Part shown: positions 36,126 through 45,491 of the stretch, one piece after another | How the letters are laid out: each line of letters opens with the position of its first letter | Position numbering within the stretch: the first letter of the stretch is position 1 | Virus record (IMG/VR): IMGVR_UViG_3300009684_001705 | Location: 1-53,770 of that record | From: a virus | Lineage: Duplodnaviria > Caudoviricetes | Strand: one strand, 5' to 3' | Length of the DNA stretch: 53,770 bases | Made by a program: the position numbers and the translations under genes | Notes under the pieces: generated by a model | Seen by the model: the letters and a program-made list of their open reading frames with translations, nothing else | Told to the model about the DNA's origin: nothing | Database searches by the model: none

Positions 36126-37778
36126 TTAAAAGTTGTCTCTTACATTATGCATCCAGGCGTCAGGAACGAAGTGTTCAATTTCTTCATCGTAGTCTTCTCG
36201 TCCATCAAAGAAAAATCCAAATGGCGCCATATCCTGATCAAGGTCTTCTTCTGATTTTTCTTTTAACGATAATAATGTATTAATATTAGTATAATCTTTA
36301 AAATATTGCTGTTCTGAAAGCCAAGCGAACAGAACCAAACACATTACTAAGTCGTCATGTTTACCAGATTCAGCTTCATATGAATTGCTTTTTTTCGAAA
36401 AAGTAGAAAATTCTTGAATTGTATTAAAATCATTAATTAGTATTTGGTTTTGTTCAACTAAAAGTTTAATTATAGAACAACCGATAGATTTAACAACTTT
36501 TGTTGTACGAATACCTTTATCTGTATTTCCACCACCGAAACCACCGGTAATACGTTTACCTGATCTTCCGGCATTTTCAGTAAATAATACGTTCTCATAA
36601 CCAAGATCATAATGTAATGTATGAGAAACCTGTTCGCCGATATCATTTACTTCGACAAGAACAGAACAATTATTATATGCTTTGGCAACTCTATGTATTA
36701 TTTCAGCATAATCAGCTGGTCCGACATTGTTATTTCGGAATACACATACCTGCTGATATGGCATTTGTGTAACATCCATAAGCTGGAACGCTGAATAGTC
36801 TAAACCTTTACCACGTGAAACGTCACATACCATCATATAAACATGATCTTTTATGGGTTGAAAATATTGTTTAAGACCATCTTTATCAACTAATGGATTT
36901 TGATGAACTAATTCTTTAAGTTTCCAACCAGAGATAAGCGTTCCAGAAGAACCAATAAACTCACAGCAATATTCCTGTTCAAACTTTGCTGTATCGAAAT
37001 TCATGGCGGCTAACGTATCTTGTTTCCAAGCTTCGTCTCTGCCAGGAACATTTTGCCATTCAACTCGAATACTTACATACTGGTTACGTTTTTCTATCGA
37101 ATTAATCCAAATACTATAAAAGTGATTCAAACCATTTGGAGTTGAAACAAGAATAATTTTAGATTCAGTACCAGATGAAATGGTAGGATAAACTGAGGTA
37201 AAAAACTCGTCCCAGTTTTCAATGAAGGCTGCTTCGTCAATGAATAGTAGGTTGATAGCGTAACCACGGATAGCGTCAGTTGACGTAGCTGCAGCAAGAA
37301 CACGTGAACCGTTTTCAAGTTCCATAGAACCCTTATTCCATTCTTTCACACCCTGCTGCAGCCAAACCGGAAGGTGCTGGTACGCTAACTGAATTTTACC
37401 AAGAATTTCTCGGGCCGTATCGCCTTTGTTGGCGAGCAGAGCAACAGTTTTATCTGAGTGGAAAATAATATACCAAAGAATAAATGCACAGGTAGTAGTT
37501 GACTTACCTGCCTGCCGTGCTGTGGTAATAATATTAAAACGATTCGCAGCAAACGATCGTAACATAATTTTTTGATAATCATATAATTTAAAGCCGATAA
37601 GACCTTTATCGACGTTAACAATTTTCATATAAGTTTCGGTAAAATAAACTGGGTCTTGTGAACATCTAATATATTCAGCAACGGATTCTGTTGTCCAATC
37701 AATAGATTGATTGGCTCTTTTTAGAAGAGCATTACCATTATAACCAGTTGCAACATTAGATAGATCAGGAGCAAACAT
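36126..37778 (-). CDS. gp17: terminase large subunit
   Basis: RQAGKST, IDEAAF, STPNG, DVSRG.GLDYS, HDDLVM. Confidence 0.98.
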   Translation of the reverse strand: MFAPDLSNVATGYNGNALLKRANQSIDWTTESVAEYIRCSQDPVYFTETYMKIVNVDKGLIGFKLYDYQKIMLRSFAANRFNIITTARQAGKSTTTCAFILWYIIFHSDKTVALLANKGDTAREILGKIQLAYQHLPVWLQQGVKEWNKGSMELENGSRVLAAATSTDAIRGYAINLLFIDEAAFIENWDEFFTSVYPTISSGTESKIILVSTPNGLNHFYSIWINSIEKRNQYVSIRVEWQNVPGRDEAWKQDTLAAMNFDTAKFEQEYCCEFIGSSGTLISGWKLKELVHQNPLVDKDGLKQYFQPIKDHVYMMVCDVSRGKGLDYSAFQLMDVTQMPYQQVCVFRNNNVGPADYAEIIHRVAKAYNNCSVLVEVNDIGEQVSHTLHYDLGYENVLFTENAGRSGKRITGGFGGGNTDKGIRTTKVVKSIGCSIIKLLVEQNQILINDFNTIQEFSTFSKKSNSYEAESGKHDDLVMCLVLFAWLSEQQYFKDYTNINTLLSLKEKSEEDLDQDMAPFGFFFDGREDYDEEIEHFVPDAWMHNVRDNF

Positions 37779-38194
37779 TATTTTTTCATCTCAGCTATTA
37801 CTTTTTGAAGTTCTGCGGTAGAACCCACGAACAAATTATTTGTTACTGATTTAGCATGTGCATTATTAGGTTCGTCGATATTTTTGATTTCACGAATTTT
37901 AGTTTGAAGTTCCATTAAATCTTTATTAGCCTGCAGCATAGTATCCATAAGCTTTGCCAAAACTTCAAAGGCTCTTGGATGTTGTGAACTGTCAGCAATT
38001 TGACCAAGTTTGAATATAGCTTCTTGACCAGTTTGAATAACTTCATGAATATTAGAGCGAGCCATTTCGAAATCGTTTGTGGCGCTATCATTATGTGCTG
38101 ATGATATAATATCTTTGACAGTATTATTAACTGTCGTCATTGGATTAATACCTAAAGCATCACTCAATGGATCATTATTAGCATTTTTTGTCAT
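37778..38194 (-). CDS. gp16: terminase small subunit
   Basis: HPRAFEV, NNLFVGSTAELQK. Confidence 0.93.
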   Translation of the reverse strand: MTKNANNDPLSDALGINPMTTVNNTVKDIISSAHNDSATNDFEMARSNIHEVIQTGQEAIFKLGQIADSSQHPRAFEVLAKLMDTMLQANKDLMELQTKIREIKNIDEPNNAHAKSVTNNLFVGSTAELQKVIAEMKK

Positions 38195-39048
38195 TCTAAC
38201 TCATCTGTGTTGTAGATTTGGGAAATATATCCAAAATCGTCAGTCGCTTCAATTTCAACATAAGGAATAGTACCAGTACTATTATTTGCAGCACCATACC
38301 AATTAATTGGTGAACCGTTTGATGATAAACCTGGTTGTACTGTTACTCGTTCTGCAGGTGATGTATTACCGACCGAGTCTGCCAATGTTCCATCTGGAAC
38401 ACTGGGAATATAAAAAGTTGTATTAACGAATTTAATGATACCAGATTTTTTAACTGGACCATAGATATAACCTTTAAGTGTAAGATCGAGAGTCCAAACA
38501 ATAGATCTACGCTCTTTAAATTCCGAATCATACTTATCTTCATAACGAATATCATTAAGAATAACAGGAATATCCATAATAATTTCCATTTCTGGAATAA
38601 GTTTAACAGTCGTGGTCCAGTCTGGTGTAAAATATGGAAGAATTTGTTCTATAATTTTAGTACCATCTTCTGCATTTTTAGCATAAATATAAACTTTAAA
38701 ATTAAAATTATATGGTACTGGATTATATTGATATTTAAAATTACTGGCATCAAACTTAACTGAAGATTTAACAAGAGTATTTAATTTTCTAGTACCATCG
38801 TATTTTATCTGTCCCATTTCAAAAGAAATCATTGGCAATGTAATCATTGCTGTTTGACGATCAATATTAGGATCCTGTAAAACACGGGCCAACATTTTAT
38901 CTTTTGGTGCATAAGTAACAGGCACTTTCACAATAGAAACTACGTTACCAGTTTTATTTTCTTTTGTAACACGAATATCGTTGAATAATGTACCAACGAG
39001 AATTACGTATTTACGGATAGTTTGGAAATAAAAACCTTGTCCGAACAT
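38191..39048 (-). CDS. gp15: tail sheath stabilizer
   Basis: IRKYVILVGTLFN, VPVTYAPK, IIEQILPYF.P. Confidence 0.95.
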   Translation of the reverse strand: MFGQGFYFQTIRKYVILVGTLFNDIRVTKENKTGNVVSIVKVPVTYAPKDKMLARVLQDPNIDRQTAMITLPMISFEMGQIKYDGTRKLNTLVKSSVKFDASNFKYQYNPVPYNFNFKVYIYAKNAEDGTKIIEQILPYFTPDWTTTVKLIPEMEIIMDIPVILNDIRYEDKYDSEFKERRSIVWTLDLTLKGYIYGPVKKSGIIKFVNTTFYIPSVPDGTLADSVGNTSPAERVTVQPGLSSNGSPINWYGAANNSTGTIPYVEIEATDDFGYISQIYNTDELE

Positions 39049-39770
39049 TAAATATCGCCTTCGCTAAATGGATCTATTGCTGTAAAATCAACAAACAGAT
39101 CAGACTCGTTCTGTATTTGTTGATTATCAGCGCCTGGTAAAATCTGACTAAGACTAAATTTTTCAGAAACAAGATAATTTTCTGATTCATCAAGAAGATA
39201 ATTTCCAGCTTCATCTGTAATAGTCCAATCAATGATATTGGTCGAGAACTTTTTCTGTAAAATATCAATTTCAGGTATACCAGTATTTAATATCTCATTA
39301 GAATATTCAAATAATTCACAAGTCATTTCCCAAGTTTGTAAAGCTCCGAGCTGATAAAACATTTCGAATTTGTTAACAAATTTAATTTGGAAACACTTTT
39401 TATTGAGTGGGAAATATATTAAGTCGCCTTCATTAGGTCTAACTTGTGTATTGTAAACTTCAACTTCTTCTGTAAATCTTCTTTGTGCAACAGAGAAAAT
39501 AACTTGATCCCGAATTTCAATACCAAACTTAGACATGAAATTGCCATCGCCCTGAAATCCATCAACAGACTTAATATAAATTTCAATTGGATATGCGATT
39601 TCATAACTTGACTGATCATCAGCACCATATACAGAATCATAATTATTGAGTTTACGGGGAATATAATACATATCCTGACCGTAAATACGGACAGCCTCGA
39701 TAATCAAATTTTCAATAAGTTGTTGTTCTTGAGATGATTGAAAATTATTGAAGAAAAAGTTAGTTGCCAC
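39048..39770 (-). CDS. gp14: neck protein
   Basis: EAVRIYGQDMYYIPR, RPNEGDLIYFP, FYQLG, CELFEYS. Confidence 0.95.
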   Translation of the reverse strand: MATNFFFNNFQSSQEQQLIENLIIEAVRIYGQDMYYIPRKLNNYDSVYGADDQSSYEIAYPIEIYIKSVDGFQGDGNFMSKFGIEIRDQVIFSVAQRRFTEEVEVYNTQVRPNEGDLIYFPLNKKCFQIKFVNKFEMFYQLGALQTWEMTCELFEYSNEILNTGIPEIDILQKKFSTNIIDWTITDEAGNYLLDESENYLVSEKFSLSQILPGADNQQIQNESDLFVDFTAIDPFSEGDI

Positions 39771-40341
39771 TTTGTCTCTTTCTTAAAACTAAATTCATTT
39801 GACCAATTTTCTGTTGATTTGGATCTGTTGTTTTCTTATCTGCATACATAGGAGAATTTTTGTCGAGTGGAATTTCTTCGCCGTTTGGATGACGACCAAC
39901 AACTTCTAAATTAGGATCATCATGAAAACGACTCCACATTTTTTGTGCATCTGGCGAATGGCCAGTGCCAACAAATTCAGTGTTATTATTTTTGATGATA
40001 TTACTGTAAACTTGATTCATATGAACTGGTGAGTTTTTTCTGCTTTGTGCAGTTAAATATTTAAGTTGAGTTCCACCATCAGGAGTATCTGTTTTTTCAA
40101 CAGCATGTATAACATGATGTATTTTTTTATCTTCCGGACTCCAAGTAAAATGTGTCACACCACCCATACCATTATCAGACGAATGAATTTCCAATGGTCC
40201 TTCTTGCCCAATTTTTTGTGCATTAGGTTTAAAATCAGTTGGTGAATTATACTTGATATTTTTGGTAACGGATGCTTCTCTCGAACTTTTTCCGATACCA
40301 TTAGTCCAAGCTTCTGCATTAAAGTTACGGAAAGATTTCAT
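39760..40341 (-). CDS. candidate internal head protein, possibly GNAT-like fold
   Basis: N-terminal MKSFRNFNAE; HSPDAQKMW segment. Confidence 0.6.
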   Translation of the reverse strand: MKSFRNFNAEAWTNGIGKSSREASVTKNIKYNSPTDFKPNAQKIGQEGPLEIHSSDNGMGGVTHFTWSPEDKKIHHVIHAVEKTDTPDGGTQLKYLTAQSRKNSPVHMNQVYSNIIKNNNTEFVGTGHSPDAQKMWSRFHDDPNLEVVGRHPNGEEIPLDKNSPMYADKKTTDPNQQKIGQMNLVLRKRQSGN

Positions 40342-40347
40342 AGGAAT

Positions 40348-41016
40348 TTATCGTTTTTTGCATTTATCATTATGATATCTTCCTATAGTTCCTGGGTTTC
40401 CTTCAAAATCACAATGCACACATTTGATTTTCATATTATTTAGTTCTTTAAAAACTGTTGTGCATTTGATTTTGTTTTTATGCTCTTCGGAAAGTTTTCT
40501 TCCTCTATTAGCTGCAGCGGCCATAGCAAGAGCTTTAGAATTATCTTTGCCTGTATTTTTACCTACCATAGATTTACGGCGCTTTTCACGAACTTCGAGA
40601 TTTGATGATTTAGTATCTCTTGTTGTTAATCCGGCAAGGTATTTTTCACGAACATCTGGTTTTTGCATTGCTTCTTTAGTTTTTTTAGATATTTTTTCTT
40701 TTATTGAAAATGAAGAATTTATGTCAGTTGTCCAATGACCCCATTTATGTTTACGTAAATTATAATATTTTTTACCCAATTCTTCTTCTTTTATAAAAGA
40801 AAACCATCGATGTTCTTCTTCAAACATTTGATTTCTGTCAGAAATATTAGTATTTAATATTTTTCTTTTGAAATCTTTTGGTCTTCTTCTATAAGCATCT
40901 CTCATTCTATTAGAAGAACAAAGGTATCTATCGTTTACATTTCCCCAATGACAACCAATGTAATACATTTTACGTTTTCTATCAAACCAAAGATATACGA
41001 ATCCATACTTTTCCAT
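40348..41016 (-). CDS. free-standing GIY-YIG (Seg-like) homing endonuclease
   Basis: GFVYLW..YYIGCH..YLCSS; NUMOD-like LSEEHKNKI; C-terminal CVHC..YHNDKC. Confidence 0.88.
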   Translation of the reverse strand: MEKYGFVYLWFDRKRKMYYIGCHWGNVNDRYLCSSNRMRDAYRRRPKDFKRKILNTNISDRNQMFEEEHRWFSFIKEEELGKKYYNLRKHKWGHWTTDINSSFSIKEKISKKTKEAMQKPDVREKYLAGLTTRDTKSSNLEVREKRRKSMVGKNTGKDNSKALAMAAAANRGRKLSEEHKNKIKCTTVFKELNNMKIKCVHCDFEGNPGTIGRYHNDKCKKR

Positions 41017-41018
41017 AT

Positions 41019-41070
41019 TAAATACTCCTTATAAAGATAAAATTACATTATGCTATATAAGGAGTATTTA
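41019..41070 (-). promoter_or_regulatory. 15-bp inverted repeat sequestering endonuclease RBS, with late promoter in 5' arm
   Basis: TAAATACTCCTTATA...TATAAGGAGTATTTA immediately before ATG. Confidence 0.8.
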
Positions 41071-41084
41071 GTAAAACGAGTGCT

Positions 41085-41825
41085 TCATCCGATCATATCT
41101 GTAACCGGCATTGAATAATTCATGATCATTTCTTTTTCGAGTTCAGCTCTTTCTTGTGTAGCTTCGTCGTAAATTTTTTGACCATTGAATGTCAATCCAC
41201 CGGGCATTTTCATGCCTTCGAATTTCTTAAGGTTTTGTCCCCACTGCTGCTTAATAAGGCATTCGGCATAACGAGAAAGCCAACGATCGCCCCAACAACG
41301 TGGATAAAGATCAGGATCAATAATTTGATACGCTTCAATAATAACAAAGTCTCCTTCGTTAATAATGTTCCAGTCCATATCAATAAAACATTTATTTTGG
41401 TGGCGATTATATCTTAAAGGCTGTTTACCAACTAGCATCTGCTCAAGGAACTGTACATGCTGCATTGCCATGTAATATGGCACCATGGAAACAGATGTCA
41501 ATGTGTAAAGATCATTTAATGCGATCTGATAACGAATGTTAAAAAGGTTATTAGTATTAAGAGCCTGTCCAATTTCGAAAATATTAATGACACCGATAAT
41601 ATTTTCTGGCATAGTAATATACCTGTTAGCTTTATCAGTATTAGTTATCTGAGCTTTATAATAAATTTTATCAGCACCATCGAAATGGTAATCCCAAAAA
41701 TAACGAAGAGCTTCGTCAATGCGATCTTCTACCTGATCATCATCAACGTTGATCTCAATAACTGGCTTACCAAGTTTACGAAGGCAATACTCTTTAAATT
41801 GTGATCTAGATGTTGGTAGCGACAT
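41085..41825 (-). CDS. gp13: neck protein
   Basis: YCLRKLGKPVIEINVDDDQVEDRIDEA, QWGQNL.KF. Confidence 0.96.
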   Translation of the reverse strand: MSLPTSRSQFKEYCLRKLGKPVIEINVDDDQVEDRIDEALRYFWDYHFDGADKIYYKAQITNTDKANRYITMPENIIGVINIFEIGQALNTNNLFNIRYQIALNDLYTLTSVSMVPYYMAMQHVQFLEQMLVGKQPLRYNRHQNKCFIDMDWNIINEGDFVIIEAYQIIDPDLYPRCWGDRWLSRYAECLIKQQWGQNLKKFEGMKMPGGLTFNGQKIYDEATQERAELEKEMIMNYSMPVTDMIG

Positions 41826-41843
41826 TAGTTGTCTCCTTTAAAC

Positions 41844-41851
41844 TATTTATA
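41844..41851 (-). promoter_or_regulatory. T4-type late promoter for gp13
   Basis: TATAAATA upstream of AAGGAG RBS. Confidence 0.8.
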
Positions 41852-41854
41852 ATA

Positions 41855-42829
41855 CTATTTGAGTGACCTCAAAAGTTCCTTATCTGTTAAAAGTATATCT
41901 TTTACCAACTGATTAGTTTCTTCGTATTGAATGAAGTCCACGCCCATCTCAAGCTTATTGGCGTCTTGGATAAACTCTGGATCTTTCTCTAATTTTACGG
42001 CTGCATCAGCAAACATCTTAACAGTTTCATCACTCATTTTCGGCGATCCAAATACCAGTCTGGCTAATTTTACATTTTTCTCATAATATTCAAGTATTTT
42101 GGTCTGAGTCGGTGTCTTTAAATATTCTCTGGCGTTTGGTACATTTGGTAGTATCGAATGCCTTTTTGGAGAACCTACCTGAAGGATAGGTCGTATCTGA
42201 TTTCCTTCTTTAAACCATTCTGGAAAACGTACTTTGGCGTTTAGCAAAGAACCAAATCTTGCATCAATCTCGTTAATTTGTAGGGCAGTAATTATGTTCT
42301 TATAACCAAAAATTAGTTTTGATTTTACACCAACAATATCTTTCAAAATATAGGTTTGTATATTATTTGGACCGGGATTCCCAATAACATAGTCGTTATC
42401 AACCATCATCTTATCGATGTTTGTCAAACCTCTAGAATTATTTGCCCAAAGAACAAAAACATTGTCATCACCATCTTCCGCCGAAAATAACCATTTGAAC
42501 TTATTAATGTCATACTTAACAGATGGATCTTTTAAAATACCGTCCAGTATAACATCACTGTTAACATTTAGAAAAGCAATATTAGTATTTGGATCAGCAA
42601 CATTATACAACCAGTTTGCCATGGTTAAACCACCGGCACCGGGCATGTTTATTACACTGACTGATGTATTTGATGGTAAATGTTTTGGTAGGTGTTTCGC
42701 CACAACACGAGCCTGAAGATCGGCGCCATTTCCAGCAGCACTATGGACAACTACATATATTGATGAAGCATAACAGGTATTGCTTATAAATAAGAATAAA
42801 GACATCAACAAAATTTTAAACATATTCAC
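41855..42829 (-). CDS. TctC/Bug-family periplasmic substrate-binding protein
   Basis: Signal peptide; D..ARV.AKHL, NMPGAGG, LPNVP, DPEF. Confidence 0.85.
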   Translation of the reverse strand: MNMFKILLMSLFLFISNTCYASSIYVVVHSAAGNGADLQARVVAKHLPKHLPSNTSVSVINMPGAGGLTMANWLYNVADPNTNIAFLNVNSDVILDGILKDPSVKYDINKFKWLFSAEDGDDNVFVLWANNSRGLTNIDKMMVDNDYVIGNPGPNNIQTYILKDIVGVKSKLIFGYKNIITALQINEIDARFGSLLNAKVRFPEWFKEGNQIRPILQVGSPKRHSILPNVPNAREYLKTPTQTKILEYYEKNVKLARLVFGSPKMSDETVKMFADAAVKLEKDPEFIQDANKLEMGVDFIQYEETNQLVKDILLTDKELLRSLK

Positions 42830-42846
42830 TCCAAGAGGTTTTTTTA

Positions 42847-43755
42847 ATGAAAGACATATTATTATTTTCCGGCGGTGCCGACTCAGCTTATATAGCTTAT
42901 AAAATTTTAACCGAAACTACTAATGAGTTAACCACACTAACACTAGTTAACTCACCAGAAGGTACTACCAGTTGGGCACCAAAACCTAGATTTTTAACTA
43001 GAATCGATGCTCTTATCGAAGAATTAAAGAAAATAAGAAATTTCACTTCTATCAAAAAGTCAGTGTTTGATTCTGAGATAACATTCGAAAACGATCATAC
43101 ATATTTATATGGCATAGAATGGGCATCACCTTTTATGAATGATGGAACTTATGATCGTTTCATCACAGGCAGAACTTGGGAACAGCAGAACCAGTCTCTG
43201 TTTAAGGGAAGCACACTCAAAGGAACACCCACATACTTTGCATCAATTAATCTTTGGAACAAACTCGTTACCAAAGGCGAGCTATATGATCCTTTAGTAA
43301 ACAATGATTACAATGTAAACTTCAATAGATATGATCTTTTCAACGAACTACCAAATAACATCAAAGCACATACAATTTCTTGTCATAACCCATCATTTAA
43401 TGCAGAAGGTACAGATGTAATCGAATGTGGTAAGTGCTTCAAGTGTCTATGGGATGAGAAAACTAAAGAGTTTATATCAAAAGGTTATACTCCATCACAA
43501 CTTAATGCATGGCGTCGTATTAAGGCGCTTGAGTATGGTGGTGGCAATAGCGTATCAGCACCTATGAGATACTGGTTGCCAATTGAAATGAGCAAAGGTG
43601 ATATTATAAATGTTACCAATAGTGCTGGTGATAAAGTTAAATTGAATACTAAAGAGAAAATTCAAAACCTACTTCAAACTGAAGACCACTACACATACAG
43701 AGACAGACCTAAGATAGGCATCTGGGACTTCAGCAACTTTCTAAATGGGGTTTAA
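42847..43755 (+). CDS. QueC-like PP-loop ATPase
   Basis: FSGGADS; SC...ECGKCFKC zinc motif. Confidence 0.75.
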   Translation: MKDILLFSGGADSAYIAYKILTETTNELTTLTLVNSPEGTTSWAPKPRFLTRIDALIEELKKIRNFTSIKKSVFDSEITFENDHTYLYGIEWASPFMNDGTYDRFITGRTWEQQNQSLFKGSTLKGTPTYFASINLWNKLVTKGELYDPLVNNDYNVNFNRYDLFNELPNNIKAHTISCHNPSFNAEGTDVIECGKCFKCLWDEKTKEFISKGYTPSQLNAWRRIKALEYGGGNSVSAPMRYWLPIEMSKGDIINVTNSAGDKVKLNTKEKIQNLLQTEDHYTYRDRPKIGIWDFSNFLNGV

Positions 43756-44532
43756 AAAGTTTTTCTTATATACTGGTATATGAACTTTTCGAGTTTTTAT
43801 CCAGCTATCATATAGAGACTGATCAAAATTTAATTTTGGGAATGAACCCGAATAGTCTAATTCATTCCCAAAAAGCGCATGATCAACGAAAGATTTGCAG
43901 AAATATAGAATGCTTCTAATCTCTTTTTTGCTAGTAGTTGCTCTAAAAAAACGAAATTCAAGAGTATCATTTTTCACCAGTGATAATAAGTTGATGAAAT
44001 AACGGTCAGAAATTTTGTTTGGATTACAAATACAATTTGCATAAAAATCTGTTGTATTTTGTGTTTTCATAATTTCTTTAAATTTTTTAGGGTGGTACTT
44101 TCTTCCGCTATCAACATTTAGATATTTCTCAGTTCCAATCCCATATATTTCGTCTATAATTCGATCCTGATGATCACGAGCAGACTGAATTATTTTCTTT
44201 AATAACATCAAATCATTTTTCAATTTTGGTATGTAAACATGAACATGTGTATTAGAAACACAAGACGCCGTTGGTTGGTAACCGTTTTTATTAAAAAAAT
44301 TTAATAATTTTTCAAAAATATTAATTTGTTTTTCTATATCATAAGTAGGGATTGTGTTTATTTCACCACCTACTGGTGGGTTTATGCCGAATGGATCAAC
44401 AGCAATACCCCAATAAGGATAAGTTTGATTGACGATATCACATTCATTATAGTTCCAATAACCACAGTCGGCGGGGAGAGTTAGGCTCCTCCTTACATCA
44501 CCAAATTCTAATTCTAGCCCCCAAGAATACAT
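43741..44532 (-). CDS. amidoligase, paralog of 13399-14319
   Basis: GLELEFGD, NPPVGGEINT.PT, HVHVY, TLEFRFF. Confidence 0.85.
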   Translation of the reverse strand: MYSWGLELEFGDVRRSLTLPADCGYWNYNECDIVNQTYPYWGIAVDPFGINPPVGGEINTIPTYDIEKQINIFEKLLNFFNKNGYQPTASCVSNTHVHVYIPKLKNDLMLLKKIIQSARDHQDRIIDEIYGIGTEKYLNVDSGRKYHPKKFKEIMKTQNTTDFYANCICNPNKISDRYFINLLSLVKNDTLEFRFFRATTSKKEIRSILYFCKSFVDHALFGNELDYSGSFPKLNFDQSLYDSWIKTRKVHIPVYKKNFLNPI

Positions 44533-44552
44533 TATTTTACCACGGAGTTGAT

Positions 44553-45491
44553 ATGAAAAAACTACTTATGATTCTATGTATTATATTTTGTCTACCAGCA
44601 AATGCACAAGAATTAAACATTATTCTTTCTTCAGAGGGAGACGGTCATTCTGCAAATGCTCGCATATTTGGTAAATATTTGGCTAAAAATATTTCACCAG
44701 AAACTAATGTGCTATTTAAAATAGTTCCAGGTGCAGCAGGCGTCAATGCTGCCAATTATCTCTATAATATTGCACCAAAAGATGGAAATACTATCGGAAT
44801 ATTATTTAAAAATATTCCGATAATTGGAGCTATCGGAGGTTCAAATATCAATTTCGACGCTAGGAATTTTATTTGGCTAGGGTCAGTTGCTGACGGTCGA
44901 AAAGATGCAGTGGTACTCGTTTCAAACAAACCTTATACAGGCGACGAGTTGGTGGTTGGTGCTGAAAGTGTCGTTTCGGCAGACCCAATTAATTTTATTG
45001 AGAAATATTCTGGTTTGAAAATTAAAAAGATAACAGGATATCAAAGCTCTAATTCGGTTAGACTTGCATATGAGAGAAAAGAAATAGATGCTTTTGTATC
45101 TAGTTTACAAGGCATCAAAACTTTTAGAAAAGAATGGCTCACTAGCGAATTATTTATATTGCAATTAGGTAATGGGAAAATTAAACATTTGGAATTGCCT
45201 AATACACCAACGATAAACGAGCTAATTAAAGATGAAGAGAGTTTGAAGCTATTAACAGTATTTGAATCTCAATTTGCTTTATTAAGACCATTTGTTGCTC
45301 CTCCGGGTGTTTCCGAAAATAAAAAGAAAGAGCTAATATTAGCATTCGAAAAAGCAGTAAATGATAAAAATTATATTAAAGAGGTTGCTAGGATTAATTT
45401 AGATATTGATCCTATCTATCACGATGAAGCGCAAAAAATAGTTGATTTTACTTATTCAGCTTCGCGAAAAATTCTTGATGAAATTAAGTAA
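44553..45491 (+). CDS. TctC/Bug-family periplasmic substrate-binding protein
   Basis: Signal peptide; PGAAGVNAANYLYNIAPKDG.TIG, LP.TPT..E, RPFVAPPGV. Confidence 0.9.
   Translation: MKKLLMILCIIFCLPANAQELNIILSSEGDGHSANARIFGKYLAKNISPETNVLFKIVPGAAGVNAANYLYNIAPKDGNTIGILFKNIPIIGAIGGSNINFDARNFIWLGSVADGRKDAVVLVSNKPYTGDELVVGAESVVSADPINFIEKYSGLKIKKITGYQSSNSVRLAYERKEIDAFVSSLQGIKTFRKEWLTSELFILQLGNGKIKHLELPNTPTINELIKDEESLKLLTVFESQFALLRPFVAPPGVSENKKKELILAFEKAVNDKNYIKEVARINLDIDPIYHDEAQKIVDFTYSASRKILDEIK

Noticed and set aside
42847-43755. 7-deazaguanine DNA modification pathway (queC)
   Set aside because: Only the PP-loop and zinc motifs match; no folE, queD, queE or dpdA in the window, so no gene symbol was assigned.
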